DNA from: an uncultured Gammaproteobacteria bacterium
Lineage (GTDB): Bacteria > Pseudomonadota > Gammaproteobacteria > CAYGNG01
Reading direction: 5' to 3'
Assembly (NCBI GenBank): GCA_964351225.1
Contig: CAYGNG010000011.1
Coordinates: 886 to 64,885, forward strand
Length of the DNA: 64,000 nt
The notes under the pieces: model-generated
Seen by the model: the letters and a program-made list of their open reading frames with translations, nothing else
Database searches by the model: none
Told to the model about the DNA's origin: nothing
Made by a program: the position numbers and the translations under genes
Shown here: positions 22,142 to 33,500 of the stretch, in pieces
Layout of the letters: every line of letters begins with the position of its first letter
Position numbering within the stretch: the stretch's first letter is position 1

Positions 22142-22192
22142 AGGGTCTGTTTGCAATTACTTTTTGGGGCTGCAAATGCCGCTCTCTTTGTC
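22142..22192 (+). repeat. MITE-like element, truncated copy (left TIR plus about 35 bp) fused to the rsmG 3' end
   Basis: agggtctgtttgcaattactttttggggctgcaaatgccgctctctttgtc matches the left end of the full copies. Confidence 0.7.
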
Positions 22193-22849
22193 GCAATCCA
22201 ACCCCAGCTCCAGCAGGACCCGCTCATAATCCCCGTCTGGCAATTGGATGGCGTGCGCTTGCTGTAAAATAATTTCTGGTGGTAATGCCGAAACTTCCTC
22301 CTGCCATTTTTTACTTTTCATGGCATACCATTTGGTCTGCGCCGTCGCGATGTGGCGCGTTTTCGCAATAAATAATGATAACGCCGCAAAGGCTCGTGAC
22401 AAGATGCCATCCATCTTTTGGGCTGGCTGGTAATCTTCAATTTTATTGTGCGCGATGGTGATATTCTCTAAGGCACACTCGATTTTAACTTGCGTCAAAA
22501 AGCGTGTTTTTTTTCCGTTGCTGTCCAACAACACAAAATGCTTGTGCGGTAAGGCAATCGCTAAAGGCACCCCCGGCAAACCGGCGCCTGAGCCCACGTC
22601 AATAAATGCATTTCCCTTTAAATAGGGCAGTATCATCAAACTGTCAATGAGATGTTGCAACACCATTTCATTGGGATCACGAATAGCCGTTAAGTTGTAA
22701 ACACCGTTCCACTTGTCGATCAACGATAGATATTGCCATAATTTATCGATGCGACTATCGGGTCGTGCAATGTTTATTTTGCGAAGGGTCTCGAGCAGTA
22801 AATTCTGTGCCTTTACCGCCGGACTTACTGCTTTTTTCATATGCAACAA
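22157..22849 (-). CDS. rsmG: 16S rRNA m7G527 methyltransferase. The last 11 codons and the stop lie inside a MITE-like repeat.
   Basis: DVGSGAGLPG SAM motif and GidB family length. The C-terminal DKESGICSPKK plus stop is encoded by repeat sequence 22160-22192. Confidence 0.85.
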   Translation of the reverse strand: MLHMKKAVSPAVKAQNLLLETLRKINIARPDSRIDKLWQYLSLIDKWNGVYNLTAIRDPNEMVLQHLIDSLMILPYLKGNAFIDVGSGAGLPGVPLAIALPHKHFVLLDSNGKKTRFLTQVKIECALENITIAHNKIEDYQPAQKMDGILSRAFAALSLFIAKTRHIATAQTKWYAMKSKKWQEEVSALPPEIILQQAHAIQLPDGDYERVLLELGLDCDKESGICSPKK

Positions 22850-22858
22850 CTAATATTA

Positions 22859-23446
22859 TCAATGAAGCATTTTAGGGGCTTCGGGCTCACCATCCAAATG
22901 CGCGTCTTCTTCCCCGGGCTCGAGCCCTTTGGGTTGCGGTTCTTTAGAAAAGAACGAAGATTTTGCCACATCGGCTTTGAAACGCATGGTTTCAAAGAAA
23001 GCTTTTTCTTGGGTGCGGCCGTTGAGCTCCGTCCAAACTTGAGAAGTCATCCGCGCCAAATCATCGACACTGGCAGGATTTTGAATGGCTTCTTGTAATT
23101 GGGTTATTTCGTTATCCACCGCCAAAAATAACTTTTGAATATCGGGATGATGCGCTGTTAAATTGGCATCATGAAGGCGCTTGCTATCGACAACATCTGG
23201 TGCGTATTTATTAAGCCATTGCACCAGCTTTTTGGTGAAATAATCTTGGCTGCTTAAATCAGCGGATTCATCGACAAAACCTATCTCGGCTCGCAAGACG
23301 TTGAGCGCTGCCAACAAGGCGTTTAAATCTGGGTTTTCGTTTTGTTCATCACTGCAAACTTGTTCGAGTAACTGAAAAATGGCTCCCGGGTTAATATTAC
23401 CTTCTTTTGTTGTATACGTCTCGGTTACTCCCAACACGCCGCTCAT
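22859..23446 (-). CDS. Hypothetical acidic protein inserted between mnmG and rsmG
   Basis: 195-aa ORF filling the mnmG-rsmG spacer. No recognisable motif. Confidence 0.45.
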   Translation of the reverse strand: MSGVLGVTETYTTKEGNINPGAIFQLLEQVCSDEQNENPDLNALLAALNVLRAEIGFVDESADLSSQDYFTKKLVQWLNKYAPDVVDSKRLHDANLTAHHPDIQKLFLAVDNEITQLQEAIQNPASVDDLARMTSQVWTELNGRTQEKAFFETMRFKADVAKSSFFSKEPQPKGLEPGEEDAHLDGEPEAPKMLH

Positions 23447-23506
23447 ATGCGCTCCTGTTTTTTTGCTATGACATTCATTCTATAAGGGATTGTTATTGCT
23501 GACAAT

Positions 23507-25399
23507 TCAAGTACAAAAACTTTCCCAACGCTGCTTTTTTAACGCCACCAAAAGTAATGAAATCGCAGCGGGTGTAACACCAGGAATCCGGCTGGCACAG
23601 CCAATGGTAGTTGGTTTAACCGCTAATAATTTTTCGCGCACTTCATTAGACAGCCCCCTGACCACTTGGTAATCAAAACCCTGAGGAATTGGTGTTTGCT
23701 CATGGTTCTTGTGTTTATCAATTTCCGCCTGTTGGCGTGCGATATAACCGGCATACCGCGCACTGATTTCTAATTGTTGAATGGCGCCAGGGTGCGTAAT
23801 GCCAGGTGCTAATCCTTCAAGGGTAACCAGCTGTTGGTACGATAACTCTGTTCTTGCCAGCAAGCTATCGGCACGAACTTCTCGCGAGAGCGGGTGTGGC
23901 AGCAGGGTGGATAATGCTTTCCCGGCGCTGGACTCCGGTTGGATCCAAATTTTGGCTAACCGCTGCTGCTCTTGCTCGAGCACGGTTTTTTTCTCATTAA
24001 AAATAGCCCATTGTGCAGCGCTTACTAAATTCATTTCCCGACCTATGGCGGTTAAACGAATATCCGCATTATCTTCCCGCAATAACAAGCGGTATTCCGC
24101 CCGAGACGTAAACATACGATATGGCTCGGGTGCGCCGTGGGTTATCAAATCATCAATCAAAACACCAATGTACGCTTGCGAACGAGATGGCGTCCAGGCG
24201 GGCAGGGCCGCAACCGCACGCGCCGCATTTAATCCAGCAATTATCCCTTGCGCGGCGGCTTCTTCGTAGCCGGTCGTGCCATTAATTTGCCCCGCAAAAA
24301 ACAAGCCAGAAATAACTTTCGTTTCAAGTGACGGCTTTAAATCGCGCGGATCAAAATAATCATACTCAATGGCATAACCCGGCCTGGTGATATGAACCCG
24401 CTCCAACCCCGGCATCGAGCGCACCAAAGCGGTTTGCACGTCAAACGGTAAGCTGGTCGATAACCCACTGGGGTAAATTTCGCTGGTGGTCAACCCTTCT
24501 GGCTCAATGAAGATCTGATGGCTCACCTTATCGGCAAAACGCACCACTTTATCTTCAATTGAAGGACAATAGCGAGGGCCTACGCCTTCGATATTACCGG
24601 AATACATGGCAGAGCGATGAATATGAGCACGGATGATCTCGTGCGTGTGCTCAGTTGTTTTAGCGATGTGGCAAGGCACTTGTTGCGGCCTGGGCAGATC
24701 ATCGCACGACCACAGTGAAAAACGCGGCAAAGGCTCATCGCCTGGCTGCACGACTAACCGCGAATAATCAATCGTATTCCCGGCAAAACGGGGCGGTGTT
24801 CCAGTCTTTAACCGACCGACTCGTAACGGCAACGCTCGTAATCGCTGAGCCAGCGCATTAGCCGGTGGGTCCCCAGCGCGGCCACCCGCTGATTGTTGAT
24901 CGCCGACATGAATTTTACCCCCAAGAAAAGTACCCACAGTCAACACCACCGCGTGTGCCATGAACCGCAACCCCATCTGCGTGATGACACCGCGCACGGC
25001 ATCATGCTCAACAATGAGATCGTCCACCGCTTGTTGAAAAAGCGTTAAGCGTGGCTCTTTTTCTAAACATTGGCGAATGGCTTGTCGATACAAAACTCTA
25101 TCGGCCTGCGCGCGCGTTGCTTGCACCGCGGGACCTTTTCGGGCATTTAAGATCCGAAAATGGATCCCAGCCAAATCGGTTGCCATGGCCATAATACCAC
25201 CTAGCGCATCTATCTCTTTCACAAGATGACTCTTACCGATCCCCCCGATAGAAGGATTGCAAGACATTTGCCCCAAGGTTTCGATATTATGGGTCAATAA
25301 CAAGGTATCCGCACCAGCACGAGCTGCGGCAAACGCCGCCTCTGTGCCAGCATGGCCACCACCAACCACGATAACATCGTAATGCTTTGCTAAGTCCAT
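23507..25399 (-). CDS. mnmG: tRNA uridine 5-carboxymethylaminomethyl modification enzyme
   Basis: FAD-binding [10 protein letters not shown], 630 aa. Confidence 0.95.
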   Translation of the reverse strand: MDLAKHYDVIVVGGGHAGTEAAFAAARAGADTLLLTHNIETLGQMSCNPSIGGIGKSHLVKEIDALGGIMAMATDLAGIHFRILNARKGPAVQATRAQADRVLYRQAIRQCLEKEPRLTLFQQAVDDLIVEHDAVRGVITQMGLRFMAHAVVLTVGTFLGGKIHVGDQQSAGGRAGDPPANALAQRLRALPLRVGRLKTGTPPRFAGNTIDYSRLVVQPGDEPLPRFSLWSCDDLPRPQQVPCHIAKTTEHTHEIIRAHIHRSAMYSGNIEGVGPRYCPSIEDKVVRFADKVSHQIFIEPEGLTTSEIYPSGLSTSLPFDVQTALVRSMPGLERVHITRPGYAIEYDYFDPRDLKPSLETKVISGLFFAGQINGTTGYEEAAAQGIIAGLNAARAVAALPAWTPSRSQAYIGVLIDDLITHGAPEPYRMFTSRAEYRLLLREDNADIRLTAIGREMNLVSAAQWAIFNEKKTVLEQEQQRLAKIWIQPESSAGKALSTLLPHPLSREVRADSLLARTELSYQQLVTLEGLAPGITHPGAIQQLEISARYAGYIARQQAEIDKHKNHEQTPIPQGFDYQVVRGLSNEVREKLLAVKPTTIGCASRIPGVTPAAISLLLVALKKQRWESFCT

Positions 25400-25535
25400 G
25401 ATTTAACAACGTTAACACTGAATGGTGGGTATTATACTCCCACCCCAAAACGGAAACCAGTTAAATCATGACCAACTCGGGAAATTTGCAAACAGCAAGA
25501 CAAACGTTTCATATTTTTCAAGCCGCTCCCATAAA

Positions 25536-26009
25536 TTATGCGCATCGGACTTGGCCACCTTGCCACGCCGCTTCGTTGTTTTTTCTGGAATAGGAGGCAT
25601 TATCAACTACACGATTTAAGTTAATCATTTGTGCTACAAGAAGCTGGATAACATATGCCTTAATGCCATTTCCATATTGCAATGGCCCAGGCATGTCATG
25701 AGGAAACGGGGCTTTAACTTTGCTATCACATGCTGGACATTGTTTTATTTCAACCGCCACGTGCTCTACCGTTTTTTCAAAAATGATATCGATTTTTGTG
25801 CGACGCTCAATGCATTCACAAGCAAAGGCACTTAAATCTTTACCGCATCGGTCACAGGCTAAGACGAGTATAACAGTAACTGTTTCTACCGTCTGCGTAA
25901 CAGTTATGGTGCTGCAGGAAAAACTCGAAAACAACGTGAAAAAAGCTGGCAAGTTCTTTTTAAAAAATATTTTATGCGTCTGATCGCTATCTCCGCTGCC
26001 ATGCATCAT
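25536..26009 (-). pseudogene. IS66-family transposase (TnpC-like) N-terminal zinc-finger fragment. A degraded remnant.
   Basis: CDRCGKDL...VEIKQCPACDSKVKAPFP...GIKAYVIQLLVAQ matches the IS66 zinc-finger pattern C-CG..L...KY-C--C....AP-P...G...A.V.V-KY. It then diverges after about 150 aa against an expected ~500 aa. Confidence 0.5.
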
Positions 26010-26088
26010 TTGAAGGTTGTTTTTAATTTAATTTTGAGGCGTTTTTTTTTGATAACGCGTTGCAGCAGCAACACGAGGTCTTGTTATT

Positions 26089-27810
26089 TCAAAAAAACGA
26101 CGGAATAATTTCCTCTATGGGCTTAGGTATTGAAAAAACAAACCCCTGGAGCATCATACACCCCAGGCGCGCTAAGATCGCTTGCTGTTCCGCGGTTTCA
26201 ACCCCTTCCGCGATAACCTCTATATTAAGGTTTTGACATAAGTCTATAATTGAACGAACAACCGCTTGTTTTTTGGGGTTTTGAACCATGTCACTAATGA
26301 GACTATCGTCTATTTTAATTTGTTTAATTGGTAATTCCGCAATTTTACTCAATGCGGTATAACCTTCACCGAAATCATCAATACTTAACTTAAAACCCAT
26401 GCCATCAAGAACCGCTAGGGCTTTAACTTCATTTTCAGATAATTCGCGACAAACCGCTGACTCACGGATCTCCAAACAGATATTACCGGGCTTAACCTTC
26501 GCGGCAACCACCGCATCATACAGATCAGTAATAAATTTTTTATTGTCCAAATGCAGTGACGACAAATTGAATGACAAACAAATATCGGTGTGTGGTAACG
26601 GTTGAATGTGCTTTTTATAGTCCGCTAAAATGCGACTAACCACCCATAAGGTGAAGTTTTTCATTATCCCTATTTCTTCAGCAATCGCAATAAACACATC
26701 CGGCATAACCAAACCTATTTTATGATGGCGCCATCGCAGCAAGGCCTCTAAGGCAGTGGCCTTTTGCTTTTTTAAATCATAGATTGGTTGATACTCAATA
26801 AAGAGCTCTTTATTATCAATCGCCAATTGCAACGCTTCCTCTAGCATAATCCTTTTTAAATGCTCACTGTGTCGTTCTTTCGAATAATACTGATATTGTT
26901 TTTTACCCATAGACTTAGCATAAATAACAGCAATATCGGCATTTTGCATTAAATCATGGTGACTGCAAGGTTGACTGGGGTTAAACATAGAAATCCCAAT
27001 GCTTATTGATGTTTTAAATTTGTGCCCCCCGTCCATCACCACCTCATCCACGTGCGAGATAAGTTTTGCAGCAATTCGCCCAGCATCGGTTTCATAACGG
27101 ACATTACTTAAAATTACGGCAAACTCATCGCCACCAATTCGGGCAACGACATCACCACGGCGAATGTTTTCAGTAAGTGCCTCCGCTACTTTTTGTAATA
27201 ATCGGTCCCCGGCGGGGTGACCATAACGATCATTAGCCAACTTAAAATCATCGACATCAATAAACAAAAGCGCCATCAGCTGTCTTTGCCGTCGTGCATT
27301 AGCAACATAACGCTGACTCAAGTCTTCAAAAGCACGCCGATTGTAAAGCTGTGTTAAATCATCATGAAAAGCAAGATTCATCAGGCGCTCATCTTTTATT
27401 TGCTTTTTCCGAATTTGATCGTGTTTTTTGATCGCATTTATTATGTGCATTTCTAAAAATTGCGCGGTGACATCGCGCTTCACCACATAATCCGAGACGC
27501 CTTGTGAGAGAGCGGAAACCGCAACATACTCATCTCCCTCTCCAGTCAACATGATCACCGGGGGCAACTTTTCAGCAAACTCTTTTGCGAGCGCATTAAA
27601 AAGCGTGAGACCATCCACTTCTGGTAATAGATAATCTAAAAGGATGCAGTCAAACTCCTGTTGGCGAAGAATTGCGGACACCTCGCCTGGCTTGTGAACA
27701 CCCACTGTGTCAATCTTTACGTGCCGACCATGCTCAAGCATGCGCTTGTATTGCATGTAATCAATCTCATCATCATCAATAATTAGCACCCGCAAACCAT
27801 TTTTGGACAT
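26089..27810 (-). CDS. Response-regulator receiver - GGDEF - EAL protein (c-di-GMP metabolism)
   Basis: N-terminal receiver LIIDDDEID...D. GGDEF at RIGGDEFAVIL. EAL at EALLRWRH plus downstream EAL-domain motifs. 573 aa. Confidence 0.9.
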   Translation of the reverse strand: MSKNGLRVLIIDDDEIDYMQYKRMLEHGRHVKIDTVGVHKPGEVSAILRQQEFDCILLDYLLPEVDGLTLFNALAKEFAEKLPPVIMLTGEGDEYVAVSALSQGVSDYVVKRDVTAQFLEMHIINAIKKHDQIRKKQIKDERLMNLAFHDDLTQLYNRRAFEDLSQRYVANARRQRQLMALLFIDVDDFKLANDRYGHPAGDRLLQKVAEALTENIRRGDVVARIGGDEFAVILSNVRYETDAGRIAAKLISHVDEVVMDGGHKFKTSISIGISMFNPSQPCSHHDLMQNADIAVIYAKSMGKKQYQYYSKERHSEHLKRIMLEEALQLAIDNKELFIEYQPIYDLKKQKATALEALLRWRHHKIGLVMPDVFIAIAEEIGIMKNFTLWVVSRILADYKKHIQPLPHTDICLSFNLSSLHLDNKKFITDLYDAVVAAKVKPGNICLEIRESAVCRELSENEVKALAVLDGMGFKLSIDDFGEGYTALSKIAELPIKQIKIDDSLISDMVQNPKKQAVVRSIIDLCQNLNIEVIAEGVETAEQQAILARLGCMMLQGFVFSIPKPIEEIIPSFF

Positions 27811-27814
27811 CGTG

Positions 27815-29071
27815 TCACCCTTGAGTTATGTCACACCCGGCAAGATGCGGTTTTAAATAAAGCAGCAACACCACACCCGGAACAGCCAGCACAATCGTCA
27901 TTATAAAGAAATTAATCCACCCAAACCAATGGATCATTGCGCCACCAATAGGGCCAGAAAAAACCCGACCAAGTGCTGCGACCGCAGAAAGCAGCGCGTA
28001 TTGCGTGGCAGTAAAGCGTTTGTTGCATAAGGACATTAAAAAAGCGATGAAGGCCGCTGTCACCAGCCCGCTGGTGAAATTTTCAATAAATACCGATGCG
28101 GCCATCGTCCATAACCGCTTGCCAGTTAATGCCACAAAAAGAAAAGCCGCATTCGATGCGCCTTGTAAAACCCCAAACCATAACAACGCCGTGAACAAAC
28201 GAACGCGGGACAGAATAACCCCACCGACAAAAACACCAGACAAAATTGCAACCAACCCAACGCCTTTATTAACAACCCCAACTTCTGTTAACGTAAAACC
28301 AAGCTCACGAATAAAAAAGGTTGTGGTCAGCCCGCTTGCTGCATTGGTGAAAGCATCTCCCAGCTTAAACAACACAATAAAAAGCAGCAACAACCCTCCT
28401 TTTTCACGAGAGAGAAACTCGCGAAAAGGCTCAACCACCGCTTGCCGTAAAGTTTGAGGCGACACCAACTCTGAACTTGGTTCCGGCGCCAAACAGATAG
28501 CGACAATCCCAACCGCCATAAAGGCCGCAAGAAAATAAAAAGTCGCTCGCCACCCCAAGTAATCCGCCAACACCAGCGCAACCCCACCGGATAGCAGCAT
28601 TGCAAGGCGATACCCACCGGAATACATCGCCACCCCCAGGCCTCGCTCTGTGGGGGTTAATAAATCAGTTTGGTAGGCATCAATAGCAATATCTTGCGAA
28701 GCCGAACAGAAGGCAACCAGCAAAGCAAAACCCGCTGTCCACCACGGGTAGTGTGCCGGCGAGGCCGATCCTAATAGAAAAATGCTCCCGCATAACAGCA
28801 CCTGCATCAGCAAAACCCAAGCGCGACGCCGGGTTAACCACGGCAGCGTAAAACGATCAAAGAAAGGCGCCCATAGAAATTTATACACATAGGGTTGTGA
28901 CGCCAAACTTAAAAAACCAATGGTAATAATATCCACCCCGGATACCGCATACCACGCCTGCAGCGTTGAGCCAGAGAGCGCCAAGGGTAAACCCGCTGAA
29001 AACCCTAAAAACAAAATGGTGAGCATGTGGCTTTTATTGACGGCCGCTTTAATAAACATGGAAAATATCAC
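27815..29071 (-). CDS. ampG: MFS permease, AmpG-like muropeptide transporter
   Basis: About 12 predicted transmembrane segments and AmpG-like family length. Only 4 nt separate it from the upstream GGDEF-EAL gene. Confidence 0.7.
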   Translation of the reverse strand: MIFSMFIKAAVNKSHMLTILFLGFSAGLPLALSGSTLQAWYAVSGVDIITIGFLSLASQPYVYKFLWAPFFDRFTLPWLTRRRAWVLLMQVLLCGSIFLLGSASPAHYPWWTAGFALLVAFCSASQDIAIDAYQTDLLTPTERGLGVAMYSGGYRLAMLLSGGVALVLADYLGWRATFYFLAAFMAVGIVAICLAPEPSSELVSPQTLRQAVVEPFREFLSREKGGLLLLFIVLFKLGDAFTNAASGLTTTFFIRELGFTLTEVGVVNKGVGLVAILSGVFVGGVILSRVRLFTALLWFGVLQGASNAAFLFVALTGKRLWTMAASVFIENFTSGLVTAAFIAFLMSLCNKRFTATQYALLSAVAALGRVFSGPIGGAMIHWFGWINFFIMTIVLAVPGVVLLLYLKPHLAGCDITQG

Positions 29072-29304
29072 TCATGCGCTTTCAATCAATCAGACCAGAT
29101 ATTCTTACTTAAAGCAAGTTTATTGCGGGCCGGCTATCTGAGATCACGCGCGAACAGACCCTAATTTACAGAACCCAAAAGGTGTGATAAAAATTAAGTA
29201 ATAAGCGCTTACGGGGCTGCTCACGACAAATAAAACCAAAGTAACGATTCCGCTTTTCTACTGAATAGTTACAAACCAAACTCATTACAACAATAAGGAT
29301 TTTT

Positions 29305-30534
29305 ATGCTATCTCATTTCCATCAGCCGTCGCCCACCCCAAGACAACAGCTGCTCTTACAAAACCTAGCGAAAAAACTTGGGTATGTTTGGTCAGAGGAC
29401 AGCAAGCCCTTGCTTATCGATATCGAGCAAACACTCAAAAAAAACATTGTCGACCTCTATCAAATTGAAGTCGCCAAAGTGGCGCGGCAAAACGTACCTG
29501 CGTTAACCCCGGAACAACAAAAAGCCTATCGCAACCTCAACCTCTGGATTGGCTGGATGACACGACACCGCGACATCATGATCGACTTAAAAAGCTATTT
29601 TACCCGATTTTTTAACAACCACCCCGGGGGGGCTTTATTGGGGGAGCATCTGCTTTTTGTAACCATCCTCGGGGTTTGGGGTAACCACAAATCAATTAAT
29701 CAGGATCCCGAACAGCAAACAGAGCCTCTGCGATACTATCAACCCAATATCCCATTACGTGTTTATAGAAACACCCCCCCGCAACTCATTGATCAACACA
29801 CAAAAACCTACTTTTTAACACAACAGAATTTGCGTCATTATGACAACATGGTCGCTGCAATCTTGGCGCGGCTCCGACCAAAAATCCAACAACTGCCTGT
29901 TGTTATCCTGCAATCAAAAAACCCACGGACTTTGGCGGCTTGCTATCACATTGATGAGACCGCGCGCACTTTGGTCGAAATCCGACAAAACACCAACGCA
30001 CTGCCTTCTTGTGATGAAAAAGAAAAAACGATAGCGCTTTATGAGATAATTCTTGACATCATAGCAACCGCCACTGAAAGTTACCCACAAAATGAAAATG
30101 AAGGCAATAAAGCCTATATTTACCAGCTCGCTATTTGGCGCGTGGCGCCTGAGCTCGCCTATTTGTTCGTACAATACGAGGTGATAAAACAGCTCTCACG
30201 CGCCCACCCGCTGCCCCAAAAGCCCAATCCATTGTATGCGGATTTAAAACAACGCCTTACTTTTGGAGAAGTTTCGGCAAAAGGGTATCATGAAGGCATT
30301 GCCGCACTACCAATAACACAACTATTAACCCTAAAAGCATTTCAGCCTTTACAACAACCCACCGAACACAAACGATCGAGAAAAGAGCTACCCACTCCCG
30401 AAAATAAACTTGGCACCGTAAAAAAATCGAAGAGACCGCCCCACGAACACCATCGTGAGGCAATCGAAAAGGATCAGCAACGGATTAACAAAACGCCGGG
30501 GAAGAAGTGCTTGCGGATAATTGCCGCCCCATAG
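29305..30534 (+). CDS. Hypothetical protein (409 aa). Its 3' end overlaps the convergent 1025-aa gene.
   Basis: Long ORF with no recognisable domains. Confidence 0.45.
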   Translation: MLSHFHQPSPTPRQQLLLQNLAKKLGYVWSEDSKPLLIDIEQTLKKNIVDLYQIEVAKVARQNVPALTPEQQKAYRNLNLWIGWMTRHRDIMIDLKSYFTRFFNNHPGGALLGEHLLFVTILGVWGNHKSINQDPEQQTEPLRYYQPNIPLRVYRNTPPQLIDQHTKTYFLTQQNLRHYDNMVAAILARLRPKIQQLPVVILQSKNPRTLAACYHIDETARTLVEIRQNTNALPSCDEKEKTIALYEIILDIIATATESYPQNENEGNKAYIYQLAIWRVAPELAYLFVQYEVIKQLSRAHPLPQKPNPLYADLKQRLTFGEVSAKGYHEGIAALPITQLLTLKAFQPLQQPTEHKRSRKELPTPENKLGTVKKSKRPPHEHHREAIEKDQQRINKTPGKKCLRIIAAP

Positions 30535-33500
30535 AAGACACCAACGACTCCTTCAGTGCTACATCACCAGACTGTGTGGCGTATTCCGTTACGTGTTGGC
30601 ACACGCTAGAATAAGCACCGTGTCTTATTGAATCGAGTGCCGATTCTAATTGTTGCAGCGGTATGGTGGCTAACAGTTGTTTAAGCTTAGCGGTGTTGGT
30701 TGGATTAACCGCGAACTTGCCGTTCTTAATCCATGTTGCAACGGCATCAAACCCCTTGGCAATAAACTTGCTCGCGTCATCCATTAATTGATTCGGTGCG
30801 GATCGCGCGGCATTCCGTCCGCTTTGGCTAAACATTCCCATGGTATTACCAAGCGATCCCATAAAATCAAAACCAGACATCTCGGGTTCCGATTTCGCTT
30901 CGCTGGCAACCGAATTAGCTGAGCGTTGCTCACGCCATTTGCCAAGAATATATTGTAAATATCCAGGGTTATCTGCTCGTAACAACACTTGCAACAGATT
31001 CAATCCGCCGATACCTTGATTCACATACACCTCTTCACATGAAAAATTCCAAACCGGATTTTTAAGTAAGTATTGCTCTTCCAATAAGGCCTTGAAACTC
31101 GCGAAATCAACCGTTGTTACTTTACCTTGGGCGTTAGTCACCAGGGTTCCTGAAATTAAGCGAATGAGGTTGCTTGGAATATCAATGCGGCTGTCAACGT
31201 GATCATATGCTCTATATAAAGGCCCATTCCCTCTCAGAGCGCCCTCAGCAAGCAACATGGCTCTCAATACGTCGTATTCCGGATTTTTATCCTTATAAAT
31301 TTCCAGAAAATCTAAAGCGGTATACCGATAACCATTAATCCTCGCTGTCACCGTATTCACATGATAGCCACCCAAGACCAACAACGTAAATAATTCTTCG
31401 GGGGAAACACCTCGAGCAAGGGCTTCATGAATTGGGGTAAGCCCAAATTGGTTCGTGAAAAACCGTAAGACTTTCATGCCTGGGCGAGAAAAAATCCAAA
31501 CCAATTCCGGCATGGGTATCTTCGTTAAATGATAAGTCACCCAATTTGCTAAGGTTTCTAACTTATGCACTCTCCCATCGAATAAAATTTGTGTAACTAA
31601 GGCTGGGTTTTTTTCTAAAAATGGCCGCCATTCGTGTACATTTACCCCTCGCGCTAAATTATCATAAAAGGTTTCAATTTCTGGCGATTGAACATGAGGA
31701 TCATACCCAGACACCAAGCCGGCAAACCGACCGGCTTGCCCATCTTGTAATTGGGCGACGCTTGCGGCTATCTTCCTCCGGTTTTTTTCAATATGCCTTT
31801 TAAACGCCAGTGGGCCGATTTTTAAGGTGATCATCAACACCGGGATTTTTACTTTCTTATCGCCTTGCTCATACACTTTGTGGCTGTCGGTCTTGATGAT
31901 CCGAATAACATCCGCGGACAACGCGAGTGTTTTACACACTAAATCCACCAGCGTTTTTGCTTCTTGGCTCTCCGTTGTCACTTTATCGTCACTTACTGGG
32001 ATCACGACTTTTAAATCACCAAATTGCTCAATCACACAACTTGGCATTTGATCCAAGGTTTGTAACATCTCTCTGACGCCTTGTAAGGCTTGTGTTGAAT
32101 CGGAAGCGTGCTCTAGCAAATCACGCGCCGAAGGTGCGCCACTGAAATGCTTATAGGCGACTCGTTCAGGCTTACCTTGGATGACCGCAGGCAATCGCGC
32201 CAGCGCAGAGGATTTTTTAGGGTGGTAATCAAATACCGCTTGGACTTGTGCCAACACGTGTGCTGTCGCCCCCGGCTGCCAACGAATGCAAACCGGTGGT
32301 AATTTGCCAAACCCTGGTGCGCCCTCCACCGGAGAGGCTTCACCATACATCTCTGCTTTTAAAGAATTTTCGCGTGTTTTATCGCGCGGACGAACTTCAT
32401 TGCATGGCACGGTAATCCGACGACGCATCCCGCCATTACCCTGGCGAACCGCCATGAGGGGTGCTGTTTTGTATCGTTGCGCAAGAGAATCCATCTCCTC
32501 ACCTTCTTTTTTAACCATGGCACCTAAGGCAAGTTTTGGATTTTGGCTTTGTAACAACGCTGGTTGGTTTTCCAAAAAGGTTTTCACCTGGTGTCTCCTA
32601 GCAAAAGGTAGGATACCGAAATTAACCTTGTCTTGTTGGTAAAAGTCACGCACGGCTGGCGCGGTATATTGATGCTCAAGAATATACAGTAAGCCAAAGT
32701 TGCGTAATTGCTTTCTGGTCAAGATTACTTCCGTGGTGTGCAGTAATTCACACACTCGCTCGACATCCACCTCTCCCGTTTCTTTTCGGTAACACGCGTT
32801 CCCTTGATCCCATTGGTTAAATAATTGCAACAATAATTCATCCACATCCAAATCGGGGCCACCAAATGCGCTATCTTCGCCTAAAGGAATGGCATGGGCA
32901 CGATAATAGCGCTCCATCATATGTAACAACATCCCTTGCAGATTTAACGCGGGACCAGCCAAAAAGTTAAATCGGTCTTCATCCACTTTTTGATCATCTT
33001 CCCCTTTCGCGAAAGGGCACCACGCGTGCATGCTTTGTACAGCGCCCGTTGCTAACAACTGTTCTAACTGTGTAATAAAAATCCCAACGGATTCATCTGA
33101 TTTATAGTGCGGACGAAAAACCTCTTGGGTTATGGTGCCTAACTCCGGCGTGATGTTTTTTTCTAACTTAAGCTCACTGTCCGCTGCTTGTTCCGCACTA
33201 ACCGGTTTAAAACGAAAATCCAATGAACCATAAGAAGAAAGCTCACCACCTCCCGTTAACACTTTGGCATTGGTGGCCAGCGCAATTCGAAACGCTTGGG
33301 CTTTTTGACCAACTGTTAACGAAAACATTAATTCTTGGAGTATCGGGTCCTCTTTTTTATCTTCTTGTGGCGCAACATACGCTGCGGACGCTTGGCTGAT
33401 GGGACGAGCCGCTCGCGGTGGCGCACCTTCTTCCTGATCCGAGTCATCATCGTGCTCATATTGTTGCAGATTCAGCGGCTGGCCTTCAATTTGGGCTGCA

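Noticed and set aside
20044-22156. parS site (TGTTTCACGTGAAACA) near parAB
   Set aside because: I searched the parAB flanks and gene bodies by eye and found no close match. It may lie outside the window or be divergent.
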